This document shows positions 11,480-25,200 of a DNA stretch of 64,000 nt, in pieces. The notes below the pieces were generated by a model. The model had not been told where the DNA came from, did no database searches, and was given only the letters and a program-made list of their open reading frames with translations. The DNA is from Syncephalis fuscata S228 (taxonomy: Eukaryota; Fungi; Zoopagomycota), in assembly GCA_025786725.1 (NCBI GenBank), contig JAHLTZ010000010.1, positions 248,001-312,000 on the forward strand. The letters run 5' to 3'. The first letter of the stretch is position 1. The number at the start of each line of letters is the position of its first letter. A program made the translations under genes and the position numbers.

Positions 11480-12020
11480 AAGTTGAATAGCGTGCGGCTA
11501 TTGTATAATAATGAAACGATAAATAATAGAATGAATAAACAGAGAAGGTGCGATTAGCTATGTTAATGAGCATATATGCAAGATCAATGAGCGGAATCAG
11601 TCGACGTTTATTAATAATAAGGCTAACACAAAAATAAAAATAGTCTTGGATAGAGAAAGGCTAGACGAGTATAGAATGATATAGAATAACATGAATATAC
11701 AATGGGAAGAGTATGATAAGTGGTGTTGAGGTTATAATGCATATAACAAAATGAGTGAATTAAACAAAGTATATTGGAATATACAAACGATAGAATGTGT
11801 CTAGTATATCGTAGAATAATACATATTAGTATGGGACAGAATGGAAATGATATAGGTGAATAGAAAGTATATATGTATACTAAATATATGCGTACTAGAT
11901 AACGAATCTATGATGATGAGATTTAATGATTGATGTAACTCACCGCCTATCATCATGTTCAATAGATTGGGCGTTATTGAATATTAGTTATTTGACCATT
12001 AATCATACTAAATAGTTAAC
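11480..12020. mobile_element. Partial copy of a dispersed non-autonomous foldback/MITE-like family (related to 58075-58970 and 61320-61990)
   Basis: Shares gtcgacRtttattaat, gagtatagaatgatata, gtatattggaatatacaaac, agaatgtgtctagtatatc and the terminal catgttcaatagattgg blocks with 58500-58910. Confidence 0.7.
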
Positions 12021-12586
12021 AAATTACCTATTTATTTATAATAATGTTAAATGACCTATAATATGTTATATGATTAACGCTAAGCGATAATTAATCAGCC
12101 TATATAATTTACAGTAATCGCTTTTAAAAACCATCTCATTATAAATAAATATTAATATATATATAAATACATACAAACATGCAAACAAATATACCAGTAA
12201 CAATAAATTGAACATACATTATGAATAAATGATCAGTAATATAACTAAATACAAATCTACGTGGATCATAAAAGTATAATCGGTGCTATTTGTAATGGCA
12301 TTAATGGTATCTAGATTACCACATCGTTAGTAGTATATAGTATTGCTCTATTCATAGCGCTAGATAGTAGTGGCACATCTGGACAATACACGGTTAATTA
12401 CATTATTCACCAACCACCACATTAGTAGCAAATACACCAGCTCATATAATACACAACAATCATTATAAGCACATTGTTTGTAGTGAAGAAGAAGCGTGCG
12501 CTAAATCATTTAATCGTTGAAGCAACATAACAGCCAGTACGATAAAGTAATATCCACACCCATATATATACTTGTAGATACGACAA

Positions 12587-14077
<1,491 letters not shown>

Positions 14078-16463
14078 GATGATGATAAAAAGTAATAAAT
14101 GTTATGTGAGTATGCACACACGGGAGTACTGGTCAAAGAACTAGCACAGATGAATGAAGATAACGCGAACAAATGCGGTGGTTAGCAATACCGGATGAAG
14201 AAAGTAAAGAGATGAGAGTTGGGGGAAGGTCAAAGGCAAGAGTGATGGCGCTTTTAAAGCCATCAGTTTAATGACACCATGGGTCGGCAATAGAAACGAC
14301 GACGACGTAATGCCTTACACACACACATGCTTGGTATTTCTGTGTGTATTTCTGTGTGATGTGTTTGTGTGTGCAGTAATTGAGAGCTACTAAGTTAATC
14401 TAGAGAGATGCCACATGTTCTTCCATTCTAGATCATGCCACCTTGCCCACTCTTGTTATCACACACACACACACACACGGATATCACACGGCTAGCCATA
14501 TTATTTACCATATTATTTTTATCACTGATGAATGTTTGAGATTCAAGGACATCCTGAATCCATTATTCATGTGGTGATGAATCAATGTTAACACGTTGGA
14601 TTTCTTGGCAAAGAATAAACCAATTAGTAAAATATTTAACTAAATTATTTATTGTTGTCGTTTGTTATCGCTATTTATTCATTTATTCGCTATTATTGTT
14701 GTTTGTTACTACAAGTAGATGTATCTGGCCAAGATATAAATATTAATAGCCATCTTTTACTTTGTAAATCGCTGCTATTGCTATCATTTAATTTCCTTAT
14801 TTTTCGCATATACTCAGCCAATCAGCACTTGCTGTATCATTCATGGTAGTAATACTTATAGCAGCAATACTCATGGTAAACTACGACTTGTAAAGTAATA
14901 TACTCTATTCTTGGCAAATCGCTGATTTTTGGCAATATAATTAGTCATGGTTGTTATGATCAGCACTCGTAGTCTTATGACCTTTGATTAATTTTACTAT
15001 CACAATTAATTGCAAACTTCTTGGCAAAAATGCCCATTATATTTATTGTTAAAGTCAGCCAAAATGTTTTATATTTATTTATGTTTTCGTTATTAGAGTT
15101 TAACCACTTTTTAATTTGTTATTGTCAAACACGCCCGCATTGTTTATAATATGTTCTATAAATAAAACAACTGTTATTATACATGCATTGCATAGATGGT
15201 GTATAACCATTTGTTTTACTATTATGCATCGGTCCTATGCCCAATCTGCATGGTCGAAAAAGAAAAACCAGCGGACTGTTTCGAGTTGCCCCTTAATATA
15301 CCACTTTTGTAATCCCTTGCTAAAACCACTCATTAGCAGCATAGGACATTGTTATCATGATTGTTATACTATGGCTGTTGTCAATGGTTGATGGCGGGGG
15401 TACGTTTTATAAACAAGAATTGCAATTAAACCCAAGTGTAACGGAAACAATAAAATAACAAAACAATCAATGTTTTCTAATGGGTCCAGTAGCAAAGTAA
15501 CACTAAACAGTAATTAATAATTAAATTGCACATCTTATGTCTTTATCTGGATAGGTAAAGCGGAGTTTACACTTCTGCATGTGGTGTTTTAGCGAACGTT
15601 CTATTATATTCAGCGCTAAACTTGCCTTTCTCCTCCGCAACATCTTTTTCTTTTATCCGTTGATTTGTGTCGTATCTTATTCATTATACTCTACAGTCTG
15701 CTGGCCAGACTTTGCACTGCACAGCATTCTCCGTAAACTTCTTTTTTGATAGCTTCTTGGTGTTTCTTTTTAGTATTCTTTCGTTAGTTTGACAGGTGTT
15801 TTCAAACAGCTGCAACGCGGTCGTTTCACTTTTGCTTAGTCGTTAGCTTGATCTTTGTCGTCGAGACAGAAACAGTTTGCTGCTGGTAGTTTTTTATTAT
15901 CTTTTGCAATCTCCTACTGTGTTACTGTATCCTTATCCGTTTGTATTCTTACAAGATTGAACTGGTGGCTACTCGCCTGCTTCATACTAAGTCGAATAAC
16001 GAGCGAAGGAGTAGTTACAAAAAGTTCGCGTGTACTCCGTGTTTCGTACTATTTTCTCCGTGCACGGGTTTAGCCTACCTTTTAAACCACCCATTGAGTA
16101 ACAACAGCTCCTGACTCTTTAAAACAACAACAACAGCGATAACCGCGGCGGTAGTAGTAACATTAAACCGTCACAATCATAACGTTTTCTTCTTTATTCC
16201 TTCAACGGCCATAAATCATTCATTATCTATCCTTTCTTTCGCAACATCGCATTTTAAGTAACACCTTCACTTCACTGTCCTACTATTATACACTGGCTGG
16301 TTCAGCGTTTGATACATCCATTGCATTTCCTTACTTTAAAGCTGTGCTCTTTGATACAGTTCACCTTTTTCATTCTTTTCTACTTTTACCGTTCACTATC
16401 GCGCCATCTTTACGCCATCTTTTTTCTACTGCTTTAAATAAGATTTTATTTGTTTCTGTCATA

Positions 16464-17177
16464 ATGACTTTGGACAAAAACCATCGCCAATTGGTACAGC
16501 GGTCGGAGTCGCTAAATATTTCGGCAAAAGCCAATTTAACATTTATAATAACGCCACAAAATAAAATCCGCGCTAAGCGACCATTTCCGCTGATTGCACA
16601 AAAAACACCTGTTGAGCCACTGCCAAAGTGCTCTACAACAGGATCATCAGAGCACGCGGCTCCTTCAGCGTATCATCAGGAGGTATTATCCAAGGCAACT
16701 GATGCAGATGTCGAGGCCAATCTTGGTAAAAAAATGTCAGCAATGACTAGCTCGTTGGCCCAACTACCTGCGTTAGCACGCGCCCGAGAACTTATTCAAG
16801 CTGAGCAGCGAGGCAAGGTCAATATGGAGCTTGAGGCATCAAATAACGCGTTAAATGTCGAGATGGCATCTCAAGCATTAAAGCCAAATGGGCATCCTGC
16901 CCGTGTTATTCGTAAACGACGATCGCAATCGGTGTCGGCAGTAATGAATACGTTTACAAGCCAGCTAGACGCCGATAACATTGATGCACCACCACAAGCA
17001 CATGATCCTGAGAGTCTAGAGGCGGATGCAGCTTGCTTTGAGCGTGTTTTTTCTTCCTATGCAGAATGGGCTCATATGACCTTTGTCGCCCCGACGTCGG
17101 ATGTAGATCCTAACAGCGCTAAGGTGCCTAGAAAGGATTCAATTCTTGCTAGTTCTCGACAACGTTTACAAAGGCAA

Positions 17178-17210
<33 letters not shown>

Positions 17211-17762
17211 GTAATGTCAGCCTTGGGTGAGCCATCAGCAGATGTTTCGCCCATCCCGCTATATCGTCGACGCCGTCCTTCTTTATCTGCTCCCTCGCCT
17301 ATTGCTATCGATCAACTACTACAAGCACCTATGGCCCAGATGTGCGCTCAATCACCAGCAAGTTCGGACCAGCGATTGAAGCCATCTTATCCACTAAGAA
17401 CGGCATTTTCTCCGCGCTCACCTTCGTCTCGTGTGCGTTCCTCATCAGTGGCACACCCCACAATCCATTTCTGTTTGTTACGTATTGTACTTTCAGCGCG
17501 TGATTATATTACTATCCGAGTACCAATTGATATCTCACTCAGCAACCTCACCACACTAGTTATCAACAAATGTTTACGCTGCGGTCGGCGTCGAGATGAT
17601 CTTAGCCATCGATTGTTCATTTGGGAACGATCGGACCCAGATCTTACTTTGGGCGTGGTTAATGACTCGATGCTTCGAGAAGTACTTTTGCCAAAGCCAT
17701 CCACATTAGCACATGATAAGTATGCATGTATTGAGAATCCGATAATACTTTATTGGACGTAA
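16464..17762 (+). CDS. Hypothetical protein with poly-Gln tract and a possible C-terminal PB1/ubiquitin-like fold
   Basis: Long intronless GC-richer ORF with first ATG at 16464. The domain call is only a visual resemblance. Confidence 0.7.
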
Positions 17763-18049
17763 TTAGGCAATTTCAACTATTGTATTTGGGTTACTTGTGA
17801 ATGCATGTATAAAAATTATGAATTATACGCTGTTAACACTGATATGGGATCGTTATCGTTCTTTTTGTCAATATATATGAAATAAAAAGCAGCTTTTTAC
17901 AAATTTAATTATTTTGGAATTATAGCATTTGAAGCCATGTTGCTAAATTATTATCATAGCTTAATAAGAATGTTATGTACTTAATTTATACTATTGTTAC
18001 AACTCAAATTGTAGAGATTGTAACTTGGATAAGCAGTAACATTTTACTT

Positions 18050-18215
18050 AATGTTGTTGTATAATGTTAGCTTTTGGTATTTGCTAATACTTACTGTAAC
18101 GCACAGATACGATGTGTTTGGTTAATTAATATTAATTTAATATTAGAACTATTTCTTATTTTGTTATTACTTATCACGGTTTAATTATAGTAACTGAATA
18201 GTTTCTAATAAAGCT
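18050..18215. repeat. Dispersed repeat, second copy at ~39790-39945
   Basis: aatgttagcttttggtatttgctaat...ttaatta...acggtttaattata vs aatgttagttttggtatttgctaat...ttaatta...acggtttaactata. Confidence 0.7.
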
Positions 18216-19215
18216 GAAGTGAAATAAAATTGAACTATAAACAAACAATGGCTTTAGTGATATTGAGTAAAGTTATAGTTTATAGCAAAATCTACTGATC
18301 ATATCTTTGTAATGATTGCTTGTTTGTTCGTAGTTAGTGCCAATATTTAATATATCTATTATTCTTGTGACTGTTTACATTTAATATTAAAGTTTGTTTA
18401 ATAACATAGTTTATTTATTAGTCACACCATTATAAGAATATAGACGTAATATTGGAATGGCAACACTATATCGCCAATTTATACACTGTGTTAAAAACAG
18501 TATGTTCACACCTGTAACTAAATTGCAATGTTAAATTAAACGAGTATTTAAACCAACCAATACATTTGCATGATTTAAAAACGGCAGCCAGTTTGTGCAC
18601 GCAGTAACTACCTATGAATAAATACAAGCCCAGTGCATTAAAGCGAGTGAATAATAGTGTCTATCAGTTATATGGTGGATATTTTCATGCTGAATGGAGT
18701 TGATGTAGCAAAGGCTTGCATATAGGCCATTGCACATACAATATAAACTTATTTATGTAAAAGGCGAATATTACCTTTGCACGGACTATGGTCTGGCCAT
18801 AATAACGTCGCCTTTGATTAATGTTGCCGCTGCATTGGTGTTATTTGCAGTTCTACCATATACACACACAAAACCATCGATATTGCCACGTCATTCGTGT
18901 AATTGCCGAGCAGATTGAAACAAAGGCTCGGCTGCATATTAGTATGTCATCGATATATTGGTATATGTATGCATCGAGTTATCATGTGAATGTACTTTAT
19001 TGGTTTACATTGAATATCAATGGCATGATTCATGCACATAGCCTACTGGCATTTCAGCACAATTATAGACTTAAATAAGCCACACAACGCACACAAATAA
19101 TTAATAGTACTATTATCATATTCTACTTTCTGCCAAATACTCACCATTATCTGTTCTATACCAATCACACACTGTTGTCTATTCTATTTGTTTGTTTTAG
19201 CCACTTGAAACTACC

Positions 19216-22200
19216 ATGAGGTTTTTTATTGCCGTCGTCTGCACTCTCGTTGTGGCTTTTGTGGCCGGTATAATCATGGTGGATGCTAGGCCAGATTCAG
19301 TCCGCATTAGTATGTTACAATTAGTATAAATATGAAATATCTCTACGCTTAACTAATGGTAATATTAGCTGGTAAGTCATGCTTATAAATTGTTGCTTCA
19401 ATGTTTACCCTTGGCCGTCATTTACCTAATAAAATGGTAAACACATTAGGCGGTGGGTTTTAGGAGTACACAGCCATTTGTTTGCTAATTAAACGTTAAT
19501 TAATAATTTAAATGGACAAACGTAAACTATTAGCTAAGAGTAAGTTTATTATAAGCTAGTAGCTCAAATGCCATGTTTCTAATAGCAATATGTTGAATTT
19601 ACACTGATAGGGCGTAGGTTGTATTTATGCTAAATAGCAATTTAATTAAAAATCGGTTTATTCATCAATTAAAATTAATAGCCCGTAAGTAATATTGCAT
19701 ATTATTCGACTATAAGCTAATTACATGGTATTTATTGTATTTATCAACAACCTGACAGCATGTAAGTAGCATTGTATACAATTAACTATTTGCTAACTAT
19801 ATGTTCATTGTGTGTGCATGTCAACAACTTAATATTAATAGGCGGTAGGTGATACTTTATCTTAATTGATTATGCATTAATCAATTACTATTTACTATGT
19901 GTATTAATCACATGTATTAATAGATCGTAGGTGATACTGTATATTAATCAACTGTGCATTGATTATATGCTATATATATATTGTGTGCATTGGTAAATTT
20001 ATATTAATAGTTTGTAAGTGGTATATATTTATATCAATTGGCTATGCACTAATTACATTCTATATACTGTGGTGCCAACATTTCAATATTAATAGGGTGT
20101 AAGTAATATTTTATATCAATTGCTTATACACTAATTGCATGCTATTTATTCTGTGCATCAATAACTTGAAATCAACAGGCTGTAAGTAACACTGAATAAC
20201 AACCAATTATACACCAACTATATGCTATGCATTATGCGGATTAAACATTTTTTATAATAGCTCGTAAGCAATATGGGATATCAATTGGCTATACACTAAT
20301 CATATTTCATGCAATATTTAAACTAACAATTCAATACTAATAGCTGGTAAGTGGCGTTGTACATTATTTTATTTTATTTTGAAGAGCTTGTGGGCCCCCG
20401 CTGCGCATAATTAAAGAATTTGTGCTGCTTCTCAGTGTCATGCTGTTATCGCGTTAATTATAATAAAGCTTTTAAAATATTAAACAATGTAGCATTGTTG
20501 ATACCGAGTGGACCGCCACGTTTTTGCATGGAGCCGGGTCCTATAGACTCCACGCGGGGGCCACCATCTTTAGGTGGCGTTCGACGTCGAACGCCATTTT
20601 ATTGATGTGGTCCCAGGTATAAATTTGCCTCAGGCCTCTCTGGCCTTCAGCGTTTGTTGCCGGACCTTCTTGTGGTTCTGGTTGACCTGCTATTTGTGTG
20701 TCGGTACGTACTGTTTTCCATCTTCCTATTGCTTCGTCCACTTGCTTGCATCTTGTCTTCCATATCTTCTTCCATACGAAGTCCAATGCCGTCTTTGTTG
20801 CTGTTTTTATTAGTTCTCTTCTTTCTTCTTCGCGTACCCCCTCTCTTTTCATACTGTATAGTGTTTGTGGGCTCACCAATCCTAATAGAAATCCGGTGTT
20901 GCTGATTGGCTGATCTGGGACAATAGATTCAGCCACCTCCCCCACATTTAACAGTCTCATTGGCGGGTCTTTTCTCGATCTTCTTTCATTTATCCACTCC
21001 ACCTTTCTTCTTGTCATGTCTTTAATTTTATCTCTTGCTTCTTTTTCCCTATCTAGTCCGTTTCCTTCACACTTCACTATATGTCGCCACGTCTCTACTT
21101 CTCCACTACTACATCTGCAGCACATATTAGTTCTATACCTCTCCTTACACCATTTATTTTGCCTTTCTAGAGTTGGCAGTATACCGGCTGCCATTTTTAG
21201 CGCAAACTCTCTTCTTTTCATCTCTATTTGATACTCTTCCTTACTCGTGTCTTTTTCCGGTCTCACCCCCTCTCTTATAGTTAGCTCCACTTTTGTACTG
21301 GTAAGTAGTGTTTGTGCTAACTCCGGGTGTTGTCTTCCTATTAGTTCTTTTAATGCTCTTTCTTGCCTTACCTTGCTTTGTCGTTTAACTGCACTACGTG
21401 GCTCCAGTAGTGTGTTTAATTTTGACATGAGCATGTTGTGCTGATGTACTGGAGCTGGTGACGTGTTCAGCGTCCATCTTGGTACTGCTATTATTGTAGT
21501 AGCTGCCGCCTTTTTCGCTTCCTTGTCCGCCAGCTCGTTCCCTCTTGTACCTACATGTGCGCGTGTCCACTGCAACTCTGTCTTACCACTTCTCTGTCTT
21601 GTCGTTGCTGCTATCCTTTCCCATATCTTGTACGTTGGTGTGGCTCTTCTTTTGCTGTCTAGCCATGGCTCTGGCTTCAGCACGTACTGTCGCCACCACT
21701 CCTTGCACGTCATTGAGTCGGTTATCAGCTTTAAGTCACGGTCCGGTGGTGCGCAGCATAGCGCATGCGCTATTGCCATCGCCTCCACCATGTCTGAGTG
21801 GCAATGTGGACCGACATACTTTCCTGCTGTAATTGCCAGTGGCCGTGTACCCGTACTCGCTATTGCTATTGCTGCGTATCCACCTTTGCTATTCTTACCT
21901 GTTGGATCTATCACCGATCCGTCTGTCCAAATGTTTACTTCGCCACTGACGTGGCTTAGTGCCTCTGTCCAGTCGTACTCGTTTCCTTCTGCATCTACAC
22001 TCCTCTCTCTTAAATTTTCCTCTGTGAAGTCTATAGGCTTTCCTCGCCTTTCCCTTATCCCCTTTGCTATCCGCACTACTTCCATAGCTTCCCTTGCGCA
22101 TACCTGCCATTCCTTTTCCAGATCTTTGTACCATTTTGGTGACCCCGCCCTTGGTGCCTTCCTATATGTGATTTGGGTGTATGTCTTTAATTTTGGCGTG

Positions 22201-25200
22201 CCGTCTGCTGCTATTTGCATTACATCTTTCAGTCTGGTCAACTTAAAGTGTTTGACGGCTTTTCGAATATCTCTGTATGTTGTTGGTGTCACAACATCTT
22301 GTATCAATACTTCTTCTACTTCGGTCGGCAGTTGTTGTTCTCTGCCGCATACCACGCTGATTTCTCGCTCGTGTAGTCGTTGAGCTATGTGCATCGCGTA
22401 TATCCGTCTTGTTTCCCTTCTTTCCACGTACTTGTTGTATGGCGATCTAGTGCTGTATGTTGTTGTCCTTACTGCTTCTTCCTGCGCTCTGGCCGTCTCC
22501 CCTAGCACTCCTGGACTATCCAGTCTACGCAGTAGATCTCCGATCTGGCTTGCGTCTATCGCGTCGCGTGTTCTGGCTACATTCATACCATCCGTTGACC
22601 ATATTAGCGTGTTTGGTGCTGACTTCGCCATATGTGCTTTTCGTTTAAGTATTTTTAGCCATTTTCGATCTAGTGTCGTACACTGTGTTTCTGACATAGT
22701 ACTAGCTGCTGTTTTGTGTACCACAGCCGGCACTATTACTGCATTGATAATGTAAGCTGCTGTATTACTGTCTATTGCTTTCGGTGCAATAGTTTACATG
22801 TGTTTTCTACTGCTTTTTCTATTACATCAAACGCTGTTTGTTGTATCCATCTAGCGACAGCCAGCAGCCTAGTATTCTAAATGGTACATGTGGAGGCTGT
22901 ACTATTCTAACTAGGCCCACTTCTCCCTCAGCCAACCGAATTGGTTGTAGATCCGCGTTTACTGCTTTGCCAGATGATGTTTTGGCTGTGTGTATCGTCT
23001 TTCCACAGTGCACTTCTATGTCGTGTAGTTCAAAAAATGAGCGACAGATATTTGCTAGTTGTTGGAGGTTCGCTCTGTCTTCCGCCAGTAGTGTCAGGTC
23101 GTCTGCGAAGGCACCGTGGGCGATCTTTACCGGTGTGTTGTTATTTCCTATACTTCTCATTACATACCCATGTTCTGAATCTTTCAGTTTTGTTAGTAGC
23201 GGGTCGTAGAACGTCAGCCATAATAATGGTGAGTTTACTTCTCCCTGGTCCAGTCCGCATTCCGGATGATGTACCTCTGTTTGCCCGTGTGCTGTTAGTA
23301 CTGTTGCTGTTCGTTGTTCAAATATATTTGCTAGTAAGCCTATATATTGTTCTGGTATTTTTAGTCGTCTTAACGAACACTCTAAGCTATGCCATGATAC
23401 TGAGTCATATGCTCGTTTCACATCTAGCAACAGTACTTCCAGTCCACGTTCATGGCAAATGGAATCATCCATGACCGCTCTCAGTACCTGGACAAAGTCC
23501 GTCGTTTTATTGCCTCTTGTAAAACCGAAGTTACCCCCCTGTAACACTCCATTTCTTTCCATTACCTCTTGCAGCCGTCTCGTCACTATTATTGAGTATA
23601 GCTTGCGCATTGTCTCCAATAATGTGATTGGCCGTAGCTGCGCCATGTCTCCACACCAATTTGCCGTTTTTGGTATTGGTATTATTACCCCATGCTTCCA
23701 GGCTGTTGGTACATCCCCTTTTTGCAAACACGCTGTAATAATTCCCGCCATCACCTGCTGCAATTCCCCACATGCTTTCTGTAACATTTCATTTACCACT
23801 CCTGATGCCCCTGGTGCTTTGTTTTTTGGCAGACTCTTTAGCACTGCTGTCATCTCTTCTATCCCCACTGGTTCCATGAGACCGTTATAGATGGCAGGGT
23901 CGATGCTCTCTATTGGTCTATAGCTACCTGACCATGTTGGGTGGTTTAGCGGGCTAGTTCCACGTCTCGCACCCATCCACTGAGTGAAGTAGTCTCGAGT
24001 GAGTCGGCGTACCTCTTCTGGCCGGTCCTCGATAGTCGAGTCATTGGTCTGTACCACTGTTATTTGCTGTAGTGGCTTATTCTTCTCCAAAACTCTTTTC
24101 AACACCTCTTTTAAGTCAGTGTGAAACAGTAGGTTTCTTTTCATCGTCGCGCCGCGTATTTTTTCGTTTAGTTCTTTTTTCTTCTCTCTGTTGTACTGAT
24201 TGCTTAGTCTCGTCTTCAGACCTTTGACCTCGTCTACCGAGGCATGCTCTTCTAGTTGTCCCGCCAGCTCCACCAACTGTGTAACCGTAGATACAGCGAA
24301 CTGTTGCGGTTACTACGAGTCACAATACAATAATGTATATAAAATAAAAATGAATATTGAAAGTGAACTAATGTCTTTATTTGTGGTCATAATCATACGC
24401 GTATTTATATTGTTCTATTGGATATATGGAATATCTAAGTAGAACAATAAAAGAAAATAAAATAAAAATAAAAGAAAATAAAAGATAAAGATAAAACAAT
24501 ACGCGGTGGCGGAGTGTTAACTTCATCGTGGACCATGTGTGATGATCGGTGTGTTTAAACACCGATCATAATGTCTAAAAATGGTAATAATAAATGAGAG
24601 GGAGAATTTTTGTTACAAACTGCGTAACCGACGGATGACGTCTTGCTAGTCGCTTTATTCGCTCACATCTTTGTCTTGCCGATAAATCTTCTTTTTGTAT
24701 TTTAGCCAGACTTTTTGTCGTCTGCAGAACCGGATGTAGACTCAGCTCATCACTGGGCCTATTCCTTCTTATCACGATATGTGGCAGCTTGTCATCAGCG
24801 CACAGCACCAGATGACTGACGATTGCTCCCCATAGTCGATCTAAGTATGGAATACTGTTGTGTTCAAGCTGGCCGTCTTCTTTTGTCTGCTCCACCGCAT
24901 CTTTAATTGTTCTATTCCAACCTATAGCTGTTGCTGAGGTGTAATTCATCCAATCCACTTCTGTAGCCTTTCGTCTGTTTAATATTTTGCGCGGCAGTTG
25001 TTGGCATAGCCTGTCACCTGCCCGCTGGAATATTATTGACGTGGTCAGCTCCAACACTATCGGTTGATGTGTGCTATATATTCCTTGGTTTATTTGCTGT
25101 CCCGTCGTTCCGCTCCCCTCTTCGTCTTCTATTCCTACCCCTGATACCATATCCGCTAGCGTATCTGTTGTCAGGAATAAGTCTAGCCTGGCGCGCGCTA

